The notes beneath the pieces are model-generated. The model made no database searches. It saw nothing but the letters and a program-made list of their open reading frames with translations, and was not told the origin of the DNA. Positions 51,730 through 63,604 of a DNA stretch of 64,000 nt are shown here, piece after piece. Position 1 is the first letter of the stretch. The number at the start of each line of letters is the position of its first letter. A program made the translations under genes and the position numbers. This DNA comes from Octopus sinensis (taxonomy: Eukaryota): NCBI RefSeq assembly GCF_006345805.1, contig NC_043013.1, positions 49,972,001 through 50,036,000 on the forward strand. Reading direction: 5' to 3'.

Positions 51730-52250
51730 ACAGCATTCACCCGGGGTGGGTTGAGCTGGCTTCATTCATCCTCAATGCTGCATCTCTCACAAACGCCGAC
51801 CAGACCTGGCGATTTGAGGCTAACAACCGCGTGATCTCCAACCACTCCTTATTCCAGCGGCGAATGCCGTAGATATGGGGGCCTAGGTTGGGTTCCAGAT
51901 CAGCCTTGACTGTCATCAGCCAGGTTTTTCGTTGTCCACCACATCACTTTCACCAACCCTGAAGGGGAGCTGGGGCAATTGCTTCATAGATGAATTCTCC
52001 TGGTTGACGATGGAGAGCATGACCCAGCCAATGCAGACGTCTCATTAGGATGACTTGTCAGAGGTCGGTAATTTTGCACTGGTGTCGCACCGAATTGTTG
52101 GAGACAAAGTGATGTCATCGAACATGAAAGATGCGGTGTAGACAGAGGTGATTGAAGGATTCTAGTCGCTTAATATCTTCCACCCTCATCGGCCATGATT
52201 TGCTGTCGTAAAGGAGAATCGTTCACAGAGGTAAAGTGTTGGGAGAAGCA
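51730..52250 (-). mobile_element. RTE-type C-terminal fragment of a second family
   Basis: Minus strand reads GQRKTWLMTVKADLEP.LGPHIYGIRRWNKEW. Confidence 0.55.
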
Positions 52251-52399
52251 AGTGGTTAACAGAACTGAGAGAGAGAGGAAGAGAGATCAACCAAAGGCCA
52301 AAAGCTAGGCTGGTCAAAGATAGAACACAAGGTGATGGAATTTTCGGGATTTAGGGTAACATAATTGAATGAATGGGTTTAATATTGCTGCTGCCAGTG

Positions 52400-52404
52400 T
52401 GAAA

Positions 52405-52451
<47 letters not shown>

Positions 52452-52520
52452 AGAAGAGTAGTAGTAGTAGTAGTAGTAGTAGGAGGAGGAGGAGGAGGAG
52501 GAGGAGGAGGAGGAGGACAG
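52400..52520. repeat. Compound (GAA)n(GTA)n(GGA)n microsatellite
   Basis: Direct inspection. Confidence 0.95.
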
Positions 52521-52659
52521 CAAACACTCTGTCTGCTGGTGTGAAAGAATGGTAACAATCTATATGTATATGTTTGTTGTATGATAAGTCAGAGAAGTTT
52601 ATATGCTGTTATCTGATACTGAAGGACATAGCATCAGCTAGCCATAGCAGTAACTTTAA

Positions 52660-52891
52660 CCCTTTTGATACCAACCCGGCTGAAACTGCCTCTGGCTCTG
52701 TAATACAAATGTCTTGTTTAAAATCTTGTATTAAAATCTTCCACCAAACCTTAGTCACAATTTATGTTCCTAACACTAGCTGAATGATAACTAAGTTATT
52801 TTACTAAATTCTTTGTTATATTTAAAATTAATTGAAAGAAGCACAGAGCATTTCAAATTAAATACAGTAATTAAATACAGTAATGAAAGGG
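52660..52891. mobile_element. TTAA-flanked MITE
   Basis: TTAA|CCCTTTTGATAC...GAAAGGG|TTAA. Confidence 0.8.
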
Positions 52892-54051
52892 TTAATGGAG
52901 TCAAGCTAACAACACTTTATATTAGCTTTTGCAGACTCCAGAGTTAAATTGTTGAGGAGCTTTCTGATTAGCCACAGTTACGACCAACAAAAAATAGATT
53001 CATGATGCCCAGTTGGTTGTTACTTAGTCAAATTGTTGCACTAGTAACGACTTAGAATACTTTTAAGTAATTGTCTATTTATAGTCAGTTGAAATACAGT
53101 TTAAGTAAGGCTTGGTATGAAGCTTACTTTGTCTGTGATATTAGTTACTTGCGACTGTAATGTCAGTTATATACCTATGTATGCGTATGTAAATTTGTTT
53201 TTCAAGTGTGAGAGAAATTTAGACCAGAGCTAGTAAGGATGGCAAAACAGTAATTACACTGCACACTCCAAGTTTTCAATGGATTTTTGTTTCTATACTA
53301 ACTTATATACTACTTACAGTGTTAACTTATGAGTTACCCTTGTAAAAATATTTTTTAAATGAAAATTGTAAAGAAATTAATTTTGATAATACTTAGAGAA
53401 ATAAAACCTGAGTCAAGAAAATATTTCTACGTTCTCGTACAATGATATTTTTTGGTTTAAGCTTCATACAGTATAGCATTTTTTTTTTGTAAACTATTTA
53501 CTTTTATTTTCAGCAATGCTGGCTCACAGAAATATATTTTGACATAAAACTTTATCATTTCAAATTTACAACTTTAATTCTATAGTTATTGTCTTTTTAT
53601 TTTCAACAAATTTGGAATTTCTCTATTATACACTGTCCCTGAGATATATTATCAAGGGTTCGATCAACAGCTTTGAGTTTATATTTTTAAATACATTCCT
53701 CAGAGAAATAGTACTGGCAATGGCAATGACACCAGATAGACCAAGTTACCTTTGTACATTCAGTTAAAAATTGCCCAGCTCTGTTTAACACTTGCCACTC
53801 TAATTAGCATGAATGCTTTGTTATATTTGTCATACCTTTACCATTCATATTAAACATAAATCATTGATGGTGTCTGATTATATAGATATTTAAATAGCAA
53901 AGTATTTTCACCTGAGTGTGAAGATATTTGGAGCTATATTAATGAGTTTTAAAAGCAACAACAACAAAAAAAAAACAACTTAATATTTGTGGATGGAATA
54001 TATTTACTACCCACGAGGTTTTGTTTTGTTTTACTTTTTTTTCTTTTTTAG

Positions 54052-54199
54052 GAGGAGCTCATAGAATCAGATTCTGAAGACAGTATAAAATCTTCAGACG
54101 AGGACGATATTATAACAATGCCGAATATGGTTCTAGAAACACAGAGTACAGAGGAACTGGATAATGTCCTGCCTGAAATTATGCCAAACAAAAATTCTG
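54052..54199 (+). CDS. Exon K: acidic linker (EELIESDSEDSIKSSDEDD...), absent from ORF track
   Basis: Long polypyrimidine tract + tag acceptor, donor TCTG|GTAATC; phase 0 in, 1 out. Confidence 0.8.
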
Positions 54200-54379
54200 G
54201 TAATCTTATTTAGTTTACAAATTTCTTTTTAATCTCTTTAATGCCTTCCATTTTTCCATAATATCATATATGTGTGTGTAATTGTTGATATTTTTATATT
54301 GTAAATTTTGTACAGTTGTAATGATATTTTGAAATTTACCCATTTTCCAGATCTTCCATATAGATTTAGTGCCTGAGAA

Positions 54380-57254
54380 TTTTCTCAAAATTTCATGAAC
54401 TTTCTAGAACATGCCCTTCATGTAATTAGTAATATAGATACCAAAGCTCTAAATCTTCAGCTTAGTTTAGTTTTAGCTGCCTATGTGAAAGGCCTATCTG
54501 CATTTATCAGCAATGTTGTCAAGAGGCTGCAAGCATCTGGCAGGTGTAATTTTCTATGTCTATGGCTAATTTATCAAAGTATGAGTGTAAAAATAATCGC
54601 AGCATCTGCTAAAATGTTAAAGACCCACAAAGCATATTTTGGCAATTCTGCTGGGAATCAAGTAACTCTGAGTACTTCATTTACTTAACTGAATAGTAAA
54701 AATTATATTATAAAAAGTTTAAAATTTTTGAAATTTAAGATGAGAAATAGATTTCTTTAAAATTTTCAATGTTTTTAGAAAAATATGTCAGATAAGAAAT
54801 ATGTTGTGAGAACCTTCCACAGCAAATGATTCTTCTTACCAATTTTATTAAAACCAATAATGATAAGCAAATTTAGCCATGTTTATTTGTTGCCATTCAT
54901 CATTTAATAACTGTGATCACTTAACAGAGTTATGTAAGAATTATATGTCTGATAGTGATATTATGTCCAAAGTGAAGTTGCATCATATAAAATGTGCAAA
55001 TATTGTGAGAAATGTTCTAGCTCCATATTTTGATGGAGATTTGATTTCTGATATATCATCATCATCATCATCACCATCATTTAGCGTCCACTTTCCATGC
55101 TAGCATGGGTTGGGCGGTTCAACTGGGGTCTGGGAAGCCAGAAGGCTGCACCAGGTCCAGTCTGATCTAGCAGTGTTTCTACGGCTGGATGCCCTTCCTA
55201 ACGCCAACCACTCCGTGAGTGTAGTGGGTGCTTTTTACGTGCCACCCGCACAGGTGCCAGACAGGGCTGGCAAACGGCCATGGACAGATGGTGCTTTTTA
55301 CATGCCACCAGCACGGGGGCCAGGCAAGGCTGGCAACGGCCACGATCGGATGGTGCTTTTTACGTGCCACCGGAACGGAGGCCAGTCGGGGCAGCGCTGG
55401 CAACGGACACAGTCGGGTGGTGCTTTTTACGTGCCACCGGCACTGGGGAGCCTGTTATTAGATGAATCCAATGATATAACGATAAAAAAGGTGTTAGGAA
55501 TTGTTATCATATATTATAGTGACACTCTCAAAAAAGGGGTACATACACATCTCAGTAAGGTATCTTTAGAAACTTGTGATGCAGATGGCATTGGAGATGC
55601 CTTAAAAATTGAATTAGTGAAAAAGAAATTAGATATAAAAAATTTACTGGCTATAGGAACCAACAATGCTAGAGGAGTCAACAACAGTATTTTCCAGAAA
55701 TTAAAAGAAGTTCCATCATTACTTCTGTTTAGATGTGTATGTCATTCTTTACAGTTGGCAGTATCCAACACTTGTGCTGAATGCTTGCCCATAGATTTAG
55801 AATTTTTAGTATCCGAAACCTATAAATGGTCCTCTCATTCTTCAACAAGACAAAGTGCCTACAAACAACTTTACCTTGCTATCAATGATAAAGAGTCTTT
55901 GCAGATCGTGAATTCTTGTGCAACTAGGTGGCCGTCAATAGAATCAGCTGTAAATAGAATTTTAAGCCAATGGTTTGAATTGCAAACTCACTTCCAAACT
56001 ACAATTACAAAAGAAAAATGCTTTACAGCACAAATATTACATGAAATGTTTTGGGATTCTAAGAGTGAACTTTACCTTTTATTTTTGCATCCAATTTTAA
56101 AACATGTTCAGGAAGTGAATAAACTGTTTGAATCAAACACTTGACAAAACAAAATTACTTGAGGATCTTTCAAATTTGATCAAATCTGTTGCTTATATGA
56201 TAGTGCTGTCAACATGTAGAATTGATCCTCTTGATCCAGATGCTTCTATTGAAAAATTTCTGGATCCTAATTCTGGATCAAGTTTAGGCTACAGATTCGA
56301 GAGAAAGATAGCAGAAATGATTATCAAGAAGTCTGTAACAGCCACCAAAGAAAATAATAATCGCAAAAGAGCACAGCAATTTTTACTCTGCCTTTATAAA
56401 GAGCTCAAGCATGGTTTGCCAGGAAATATTAATATTCTGAGGAATATATACGACGGGCTTCTTTGGTCAGCCCGAGGCTATTGTAGAAGACACTTGCCCA
56501 AGGTGCCACGCAGTGGGACTGAACCCTGAACCATGTGGTTCGTAAGCAAGCTACTTACCACACAGCCACACCTACGCCTATATATCAAATAGGAATATCA
56601 AATGTTTTGCAGTAGAGAATATTTTGCAGCATTTCAAAGAGCCAATTTTACCTGTCTTAGAAGCAATGCATTTAAATGAAAAAAAATTGCTTCAATTGAA
56701 ATTCAGTTTAATAGCATTCATTTAGTTAAATGGAAAAATACATCTAATACTGAGGCATTCTGGCTGTAAGTCTTGGAATATAAAGATGCTACTGGAGGAA
56801 ATCCTATTTAGAGATGTTGCAAATTTTGCCATTAATCTATTGACATTGCCAAACTCAAATGCAAAAGTTGATTGGCTGTTCAGTAGTATGGGTGTAATCA
56901 AATCAAAATTGAAAAACAAAATGCATCTTCCTATGCTTAGATCAATACTGTCTATAAAATATGGCCTGAAAAGATATGGCAAATGTTGCAAAATCTTCGA
57001 TATTCCAAAACTCATAACTAACAAGATTGGGACCTTGAATGTATACAGAAGTCAAGACCTAGGCACTGCAGCTGAAACTGATCAAATCAGTGAAATTTAT
57101 GAAATTATTTCTTAGTGCTGAATATAATTAAAGAAAGTGAATAAAAATGTAAATAAAAATTAAGCTTTTTGATATAATTAGTCTTTAGCATTTTTTGGGG
57201 TATTTTTTCTACTGAAATTTAGCATAAAATTCTGATTTTAAGTTGGCAACACTG
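54380..57254 (+). mobile_element. Fragmented hAT transposon, interrupted by an RTE tail (55056-55448) and a SINE piece (56445-56580)
   Basis: SLLLDESND, RCVCHSLQL, CATRWPS, LLTLPNSNAKVDWLFSSM..IKSKLKN; 3' end gttggcaacactg. No matching 5' TIR found. Confidence 0.85.
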
Positions 57255-58386
57255 ATTCTGAGTGGTTTTAGGATACCAATTTTGCTGTAATGAGCAGGTC
57301 TTCTCAAGCACAGCAAGATGCCTATATCACAGTCCTTTGCCATCTCCTCCATACAACTCAACAATTTTTTTCTTAATAACTTATTTTGCAGGATGGCACA
57401 GAGGCAAAAGGATAGTCATGAAGTTGATTGTCTCTCTTACTTCCCAAGTATTTGTTATTTGTGCTTGGTGGACCTTTTTAAATATAAGGCTGGCAAAATC
57501 TCATCTGTTGTCATGTATTCAAACTTTATATCATCCCCCATCCCAGTGCCACACTGCCTTGAATTCCATCTGCTTATTTTATTAGAGATGGAGCAACCAT
57601 TTTCAAAAGAGAGCAGCAGATTAGGACATGTGTGAGATATAGATACTGACTGCAATTTCAAAGGTGCAGTGAATGAGAGAAAGCCATACTATCCCTACTG
57701 AGAAAAGCTCAATGATTGAGCTTTTGATACTTAAGCTCAAATAGTGGAACTGATTAGATGAAAGTATGCAAGACTCACCTGAGTCTTGTTGTAAAATGCA
57801 ATAATTTTGTTTGAGGCAATTGGAATCAACAGTAGCCCAAATGGGTGACTCTTCTTCATCCACAGCTCATCCAGGAGCCTAAAGCTGTGCTGTTCCACAA
57901 AAGGAAACATATCTACCTTTTCCTTAGCTCACTCAGTGCATCTCTAAGATGAATAGAGCAGGATCAAGACATTCTTAGGTGTCTTGAAGTATGAGGAGTA
58001 TGAGTGGATAGTTATTGGGGATTCAGAATTGTGTGTTTCCAAGACAGCTTTACCAAGTTCCAGGAACACTGTGGTACATTATCAGAGGCAGCACTGGCTG
58101 ACCAAGTTCTCTGTGAGGAGAAATGATCTCAAGTGTGGATGCCTGGAGGTTATTTTCATCACTGCACATAAAACTGGGTTTGAGGGAACAATTTTCTTTG
58201 CTCCTTACTCTGCATTTGACAGTTTTGTGCAAACTATTATCCTTAATAATGCTTTTATTTGGCATTTTCTTCAGCATAACTGAATTTTGAATAAATTACA
58301 AAATTGACGATGACAGTGGTGGTGGCAGTGGCAATGGTAGTGTTGTTGTTGTTGCTGCTACTGCTGCTGTTGTTATTAGGTATTAA

Positions 58387-58610
58387 CCCTTTTGATACCA
58401 ACCCGGCCAAAACCACCCCTGGCTCTGTAGTACAAATGTCTTGTTTTCATAATTTTTTAATTAAAATCTTCCAGCAAACCTTAGTCACAATTTATGTTCC
58501 TAACACTAGAGCTTAATGATAACTAAGTTATTTTATTAAATTCTTTGTTATGTTTAAAATTAATTGAATGAAACACAGAGCATCTCAAAATAAATACAGT
58601 TATGAAAGGG
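58387..58610. mobile_element. TTAA-flanked MITE
   Basis: TTAA|CCCTTTTGATAC...GAAAGGG|TTAA. Confidence 0.8.
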
Positions 58611-59040
58611 TTAAGCAGTGATCATTCATTTCACAATTTATCCAAAATTTGATTCTGATTTTTATTTTTATTAAAGAGACAAACTTGATCTAAATATATC
58701 AATGGCAACTAATAAATTTCTGATTGTGGTAGATAATGTGTATCATACTTACCGCAATAGTATATATTTAATACCTCCAACATATGCTACCTTCTTGTCT
58801 TTTTGCCATGTTCTCAAGAGAATGTAATGACCACCCATACTGAAATATGTAAACTCTTGACTTAGCTAAAGATAGTGAAAGCAGTCTATCTGTATCTCTC
58901 CAGTTTACAAAGCCATTTTTATCTTCACATTAATCCCTTTTCAGTTTTAAGATTATATATAAAATCTTTATCCTTATTCTTGATATTTCAATATTTTATG
59001 CATCAAATTAATGTTTTGGAAAAAAATATTCTTTTTACAG

Positions 59041-59508
59041 ATGTTATTATAATTGATGAAGAAAATGAAGAAACTGGTACAAATGATGCTAATAAACAGG
59101 ATGAGAGTTTACCTGAGGAAGAAAAGGAAGAAATCTGCTCAGAGAAGGCTTTGATTGAAACAATACGTCGAGAAGAATTTGGTCTTGGCATTAAACTTAA
59201 TGCTGATGGTCAGAAGTTGATTGATCGGCAACAAGAACGACTGGGACGTAGTTTGGATCGATTATCTAAAGATTTGTATAGTAAAGACACTCATTTTGTG
59301 TTGGAGTTGATCCAAAATGCTGATGACAACACCTACCCAGATAACTTTGATTCTAAGGATTCGTCAGCCTGTCCATCAGTGCAGTTTGGTATAGATGATA
59401 GTTCAGTGACTATTCTCAACAATGAGGTTGGTTTTAAGGAAAAAAATATTCGAGCCATTTGTGATGTTGGTAAGAGTACCAAGGAAAAACGCAAATTTGG
59501 TTATATTG
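59041..59508 (+). CDS. Exon L: sacsin/NOV GHKL ATPase, N-box and G1 region
   Basis: LSKDLYSKDTHFVLELIQNADDN, NNEVGF, NIRAICDVGKSTK; acceptor tttacag, donor ATTG|GTGAGT. Confidence 0.93.
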
Positions 59509-59627
59509 GTGAGTATGTTTTATTCTATGCCTAAGCTATTTAGTCCTACAAAAACAGTATCTTATTAAATCTCAAACTTGGGTTTGGACATATGTGTGTT
59601 ATGGCACTATATTTGATTGTAATATCA

Positions 59628-60040
59628 GTCATCATCATCATTTAGCGTCCGCTTTCCATGCTAGCATGGGTTGGACGGTTCAACTGGGGTCTGTGAAGCC
59701 AGAAGGCTGCACCAGGCCAGTCAGATCTGGCAGTGTTTCTACAGCTGGATGCCCTTCCTAACACCAACCACTCCATGAGTGTAGTGGGTGCTTTTTACGT
59801 GCCACCGGCACAGGTGCCAGACGAGTCTGGCAAACGGCCACGATCGGATGGTGCTTTTTATGTGCCACCGGCACGGGGGCCAGGCGAGGCTGGCAATGGC
59901 CACGAACGGATGGTGCTTTTTACGTGCCACCGGCACGAGGCCAGTCGGGGCGGCACTGGCAACGGCCACGTTCGGATGGTTCTCTTACATGCCACTGGCA
60001 CTGGTAACTCAGCTGCAATTTCCATTGATCGATTTCAATT
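59628..60040 (-). mobile_element. RTE 3'-tail copy
   Basis: Family motifs. Confidence 0.87.
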
Positions 60041-60229
60041 CTGATTCATGTACTAAATAATTATTATTTCACAAACCAACCTAGTTAAGCAATTGACTTT
60101 ATGTGTGTATATGTTGATGTATTTCTATATACTTCTACCTACTTACTTATACCTATACAGGTAAATGCATATACTTATCAATGAGCATCTATTGAGGTGA
60201 AAACATTCTGTGCCGTATGAATATATCCC

Positions 60230-60637
60230 TTTTCTAGCAGTGTCATATGAAATTGTCACCCATAATTATGACCCTAGTATCGATCTATTGCATTTCAATC
60301 TATTTTAGATTTAGGGTTAGTTAGGGTTAGGGTTAGGGGTGGGAGGAAGGGTATCTTTTTTTCTTCACAAATGTAAATAAACCCAATGTGTTTCTTAAAC
60401 GAGGAACATATTCATACAGCACAGAATGTTTTTCACCTCAATAGACAGTCATTGATTGGTTGAAATTGCCGAAATGCAAGAAATTAAAGACCAAATATCT
60501 TACAAACTATAGAATTTTCTCAATAAAGCCAAGAGAAAAAGATGTTTTATAAACACATTCTACCAGTATACGAAGTTTAAAATTTTTTAGTTACCTAGAA
60601 ATTATGTTAAAAACTGCCGTTCAAACCGAAAAGATCC
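60230..60637. repeat. Interspersed repeat containing a short TTAGGG run
   Basis: tttagggttagttagggttagggttagggg near 60310-60340; ends aaaactgccgttcaaaccgaaaagatcc. Confidence 0.5.
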
Positions 60638-60861
60638 AAGTTTTAAGCCTATGAAAACCAACTATCCACGCATTTTAGTATCTGTAGATCTTCTGTATTG
60701 AAGCTATGGATTTTTTTCTTATTTTTCAGTTGGATCTTGCCATAGGTTTTTTCATATTGATTAGCCAAGTTTATTCCATGACAGTAATCAACATTCATCC
60801 AAGATTTTCTGTGAATGTCTTATTTTTATACTTCATATTGAATATTTTCTGTTTTTGCTAG

Positions 60862-61015
60862 GTCAAAAGGGAATTGGATTCAAGTCTGTATTTAGAATAA
60901 CAGATCGTCCTGAAATCCATTCCAACAAGTATCATATTTGTTTTGACGTGAACAGTGGTCCAACAGGCTACATCCTCCCCCACTGGATTGATAGCTACTC
61001 TCATCCAGAAGATAA
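60862..61015 (+). CDS. Exon M: GHKL G2 box (GQKGIGFKSVF...GYILPHW)
   Basis: Acceptor ttgctag, donor AA|GTTAGT; phase 1 in, 2 out. Confidence 0.92.
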
Positions 61016-61268
61016 GTTAGTTTCATTAAATTTTTTTTTTTTTTACTGACGTGTATTTTCCCCTTTATTAATATTTTACAGTTTCATCATCTTCACCCAA
61101 CTGTTTCCTTGTGTAAAACAAACTAATGGTTCATCTTACTTCAGCTTATGTAGAAAAATATTAAGCCATAAACAGTTGTAGGATTGTCATCTGAGATACT
61201 GATATCTGTTGACTGTCTTCTCAAAATGATTCTTGAAACAACTGGTTCAGTAAATTCTCTTTATTTAA

Positions 61269-61615
61269 TCATCATCATCATCATCATCATCATCGTCCGT
61301 TTTCCATGCTAGCATGGGTTGGACGGTTCAACTGGGGTCTGGTAAGCCATGGAGGCTGCACCAGGCTCCAGTCTGATTTGGCAGTGTTTCTACAGCTGGA
61401 TGCCGTTCCTAACGCCAACCACTCCATGAGTGTAGTGGGTGTTTTTTACGTGCCACCGGCACAGGAGCCAGCGCAGGCTGGCAAACGGCCACAATCGGTT
61501 GGTGCTTTTACGTGTCACCGACACGGACGCCAGTCAGGCGACACTAGTAACTGCTACGCTCGAACGGTGCTCTTACGTGTCACCAGCACTGGTGTCTTAA
61601 CTACAATTACCAATC
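61269..61615 (-). mobile_element. RTE 3'-tail copy
   Basis: Family motifs. Confidence 0.85.
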
Positions 61616-61945
61616 CTAATATATATATACTCTGACACTTTATGCTTTACATAATCACTACATTTAGTGTTCAGCATGGTCCTGTACCTAATTGAAGCAG
61701 AAAATATTTGATGTTCATGACCTTTGCAATTATATGTAATCATTCAAAACATATCACTGCACCACGATCTGTTTTTTAGCCAAGCTGACTGGAGTTACTC
61801 AACAATATACTTAGCTTAGATGAAATGCTTAGCTGCATTTCATCTCTCTTTACATTCTGAGTTATTCTGTTGAAATCAGGTTTGCCTTTCCTCCTTTTGG
61901 GGTTGATGAAATAAATACCGATTGAACCTTGGGGTCAGTATAGTT

Positions 61946-62370
61946 CATCATCATCATCATCATCATTGTTTAACGTCCGTTTTCCATGCTAGCATGGGTT
62001 GGACAGTTCGACCAGGGTCTGGGAAGCCAGAAGGCTGCACCAGGCCCAGTCTGATCTGGCAATGTTTCTAAAGCTGGATGCCCTTCCTAACGCCAACCAC
62101 TCTGAGAGTGTAGTGGGTGCTTTTTATGTGCCACCTGCACAAGTGCCAGACGAGGCTGGCAAACGGCCACGATCGGATGGTGCTTTTTACGTGCCACCGG
62201 CACGGGGGCCAGATGAAACTGTCAATGGCCATGATCGGATGGTGCTTTTTCGTGCCACCGGCACGGAGGCCAGTTGGGGCGGTGCTGGCAACGGCCACGT
62301 TCGGACGGTTCTCTTACGTGCCACCGGCACTGGTATCTCAGCTACAATTTTCATTGATGTTGAAAGATTT
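61946..62370 (-). mobile_element. RTE 3'-tail copy
   Basis: Family motifs. Confidence 0.87.
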
Positions 62371-62804
62371 CGATTTCGATTCCTCCCCTAAAAATTGCTG
62401 GCCTTGTACCAAAATTTGAAACCTATATTAGATACAGCAACATAGTAAACAATAAAACATTCTGAATTTCCTATGCTGCTGCAAAAAGGAAGGCTGTAAA
62501 TTTCATCATAGAATCCACAGAGACAGCCACTAGGATGTGACTTTGGATAAAGAGGGCAGGCCATTGTTGCTATAGGGGTGCAAGCAGGGACTTGATCAGT
62601 CCTGGCTGCGTCAACTGGGTAAGGGGATCTGATGTTGAAAGACCTGAAACCCACTGAGGACCCAGAAACATCACTAATGATGCAATGCAGAGCATCTGCA
62701 AGATATATCTTAAAACTTAAATGCATATTGTTTTTTTTTTGTTTTTTTTAATATTTATTTTAAAATCTCTCAGTCATGAGTTTACTTTTTTCCTTTCTTA
62801 ATAG

Positions 62805-62940
62805 TTGGGTTACAAAGATTCTTCTACCCTTAAAGGATGGTGTACAACAGTCCAAATGTCTTGCTGCTAGCTTCAATGACATACACCCATCTTTGCTACT
62901 CTTTCTACATCGATTGAAAAAGATCACTTTAAGGAATGAG
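62805..62940 (+). CDS. Exon N (WVTKILLPLK...IHPSLLLFLHRLKKITLRNE)
   Basis: Acceptor ttaatag, donor GAG|GTAAGT; LLLFL..L..I motif as in sacsin/NOV repeats. Confidence 0.9.
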
Positions 62941-63269
62941 GTAAGTGCTCAACAACTCTCTTATCACTCATAGAACGAGGTAAATGTTTTGCAATTGCAT
63001 TGTCATTCATAGAATGAGATATTCCACACTTTTAGTGTCGTTTCCCCTTTGCCACTGTTCTGTGAAGTTGAGTAGTAATACTCCAGTCAGTGGTTTGAGT
63101 TATGGAGGCAACACAAAGATTTATTTTCATACTCTCTGTCTAAGACTACCCATTCTTGTGAAGCTATTCTTTCCAAACTGTACTCAAAAGATGACTCTCC
63201 AGTGGAGAATGGAACGGTTTCAATATGCAGTATTCTCACTGTTTCCAATGGTGATACATGATAGGGAGC

Positions 63270-63604
63270 CAAGAGCACCATCCAAGCGTGATTGTTGCCA
63301 GAGCAGCCAACTGTCTTCTGTACCCGTGGCACGTAAAAGGCACCATTCGAGCGTGATCATTACCATCGCTTCACTGGTACCTGTGCCAGCTCCGTCTGGC
63401 ACCTGTGCGGGTGGCATGTAAAAAGCACCCACTACACTCACGGAGTGGTTGGCGTTAGGAAGGGCATCCAGCCGTAGAAACACTGCCAGATCAGACTAGG
63501 CCTGATGCAGCCTTCTGGCTTCACAGACCCCAGTTGAACCGTCCAACCCATGCTAGCATGGAAAGCGGACGCTAAATGATGATGATGATGATGATGATGA
63601 TGAT
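63270..63604 (+). mobile_element. RTE 3'-tail copy
   Basis: Ends ggacgctaaatgatgatgatg. Confidence 0.87.

Larger units (their letters stand above)
15658..62940 (+). other. Multi-exon gene (14 coding exons in window, 3' end outside): LOTUS-repeat + NO VEIN/sacsin-like GHKL ATPase protein
   Basis: All 13 introns are GT-AG and exon phases chain without a break (1,0,1,0,0,2,1,1,0,0,1,1,2); 4209 nt from ATG 15669 = 1403 codons. Sacsin/NOV motifs KDTHFVLELIQNADDN and YIGQKGIGFKSVF, the latter joined across intron 59509-60861. Confidence 0.9.

Noticed and set aside
54351-54376. Acceptor-like ttttccag at 54350 as an alternative terminal exon
   Set aside because: Gives DLPYRFSA then a stop; only a splice-like motif, no other support.
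54395-55103. + strand ORFs after exon K as host exons
   Set aside because: They are hAT transposase remnants; exon K splices in phase to exon L.
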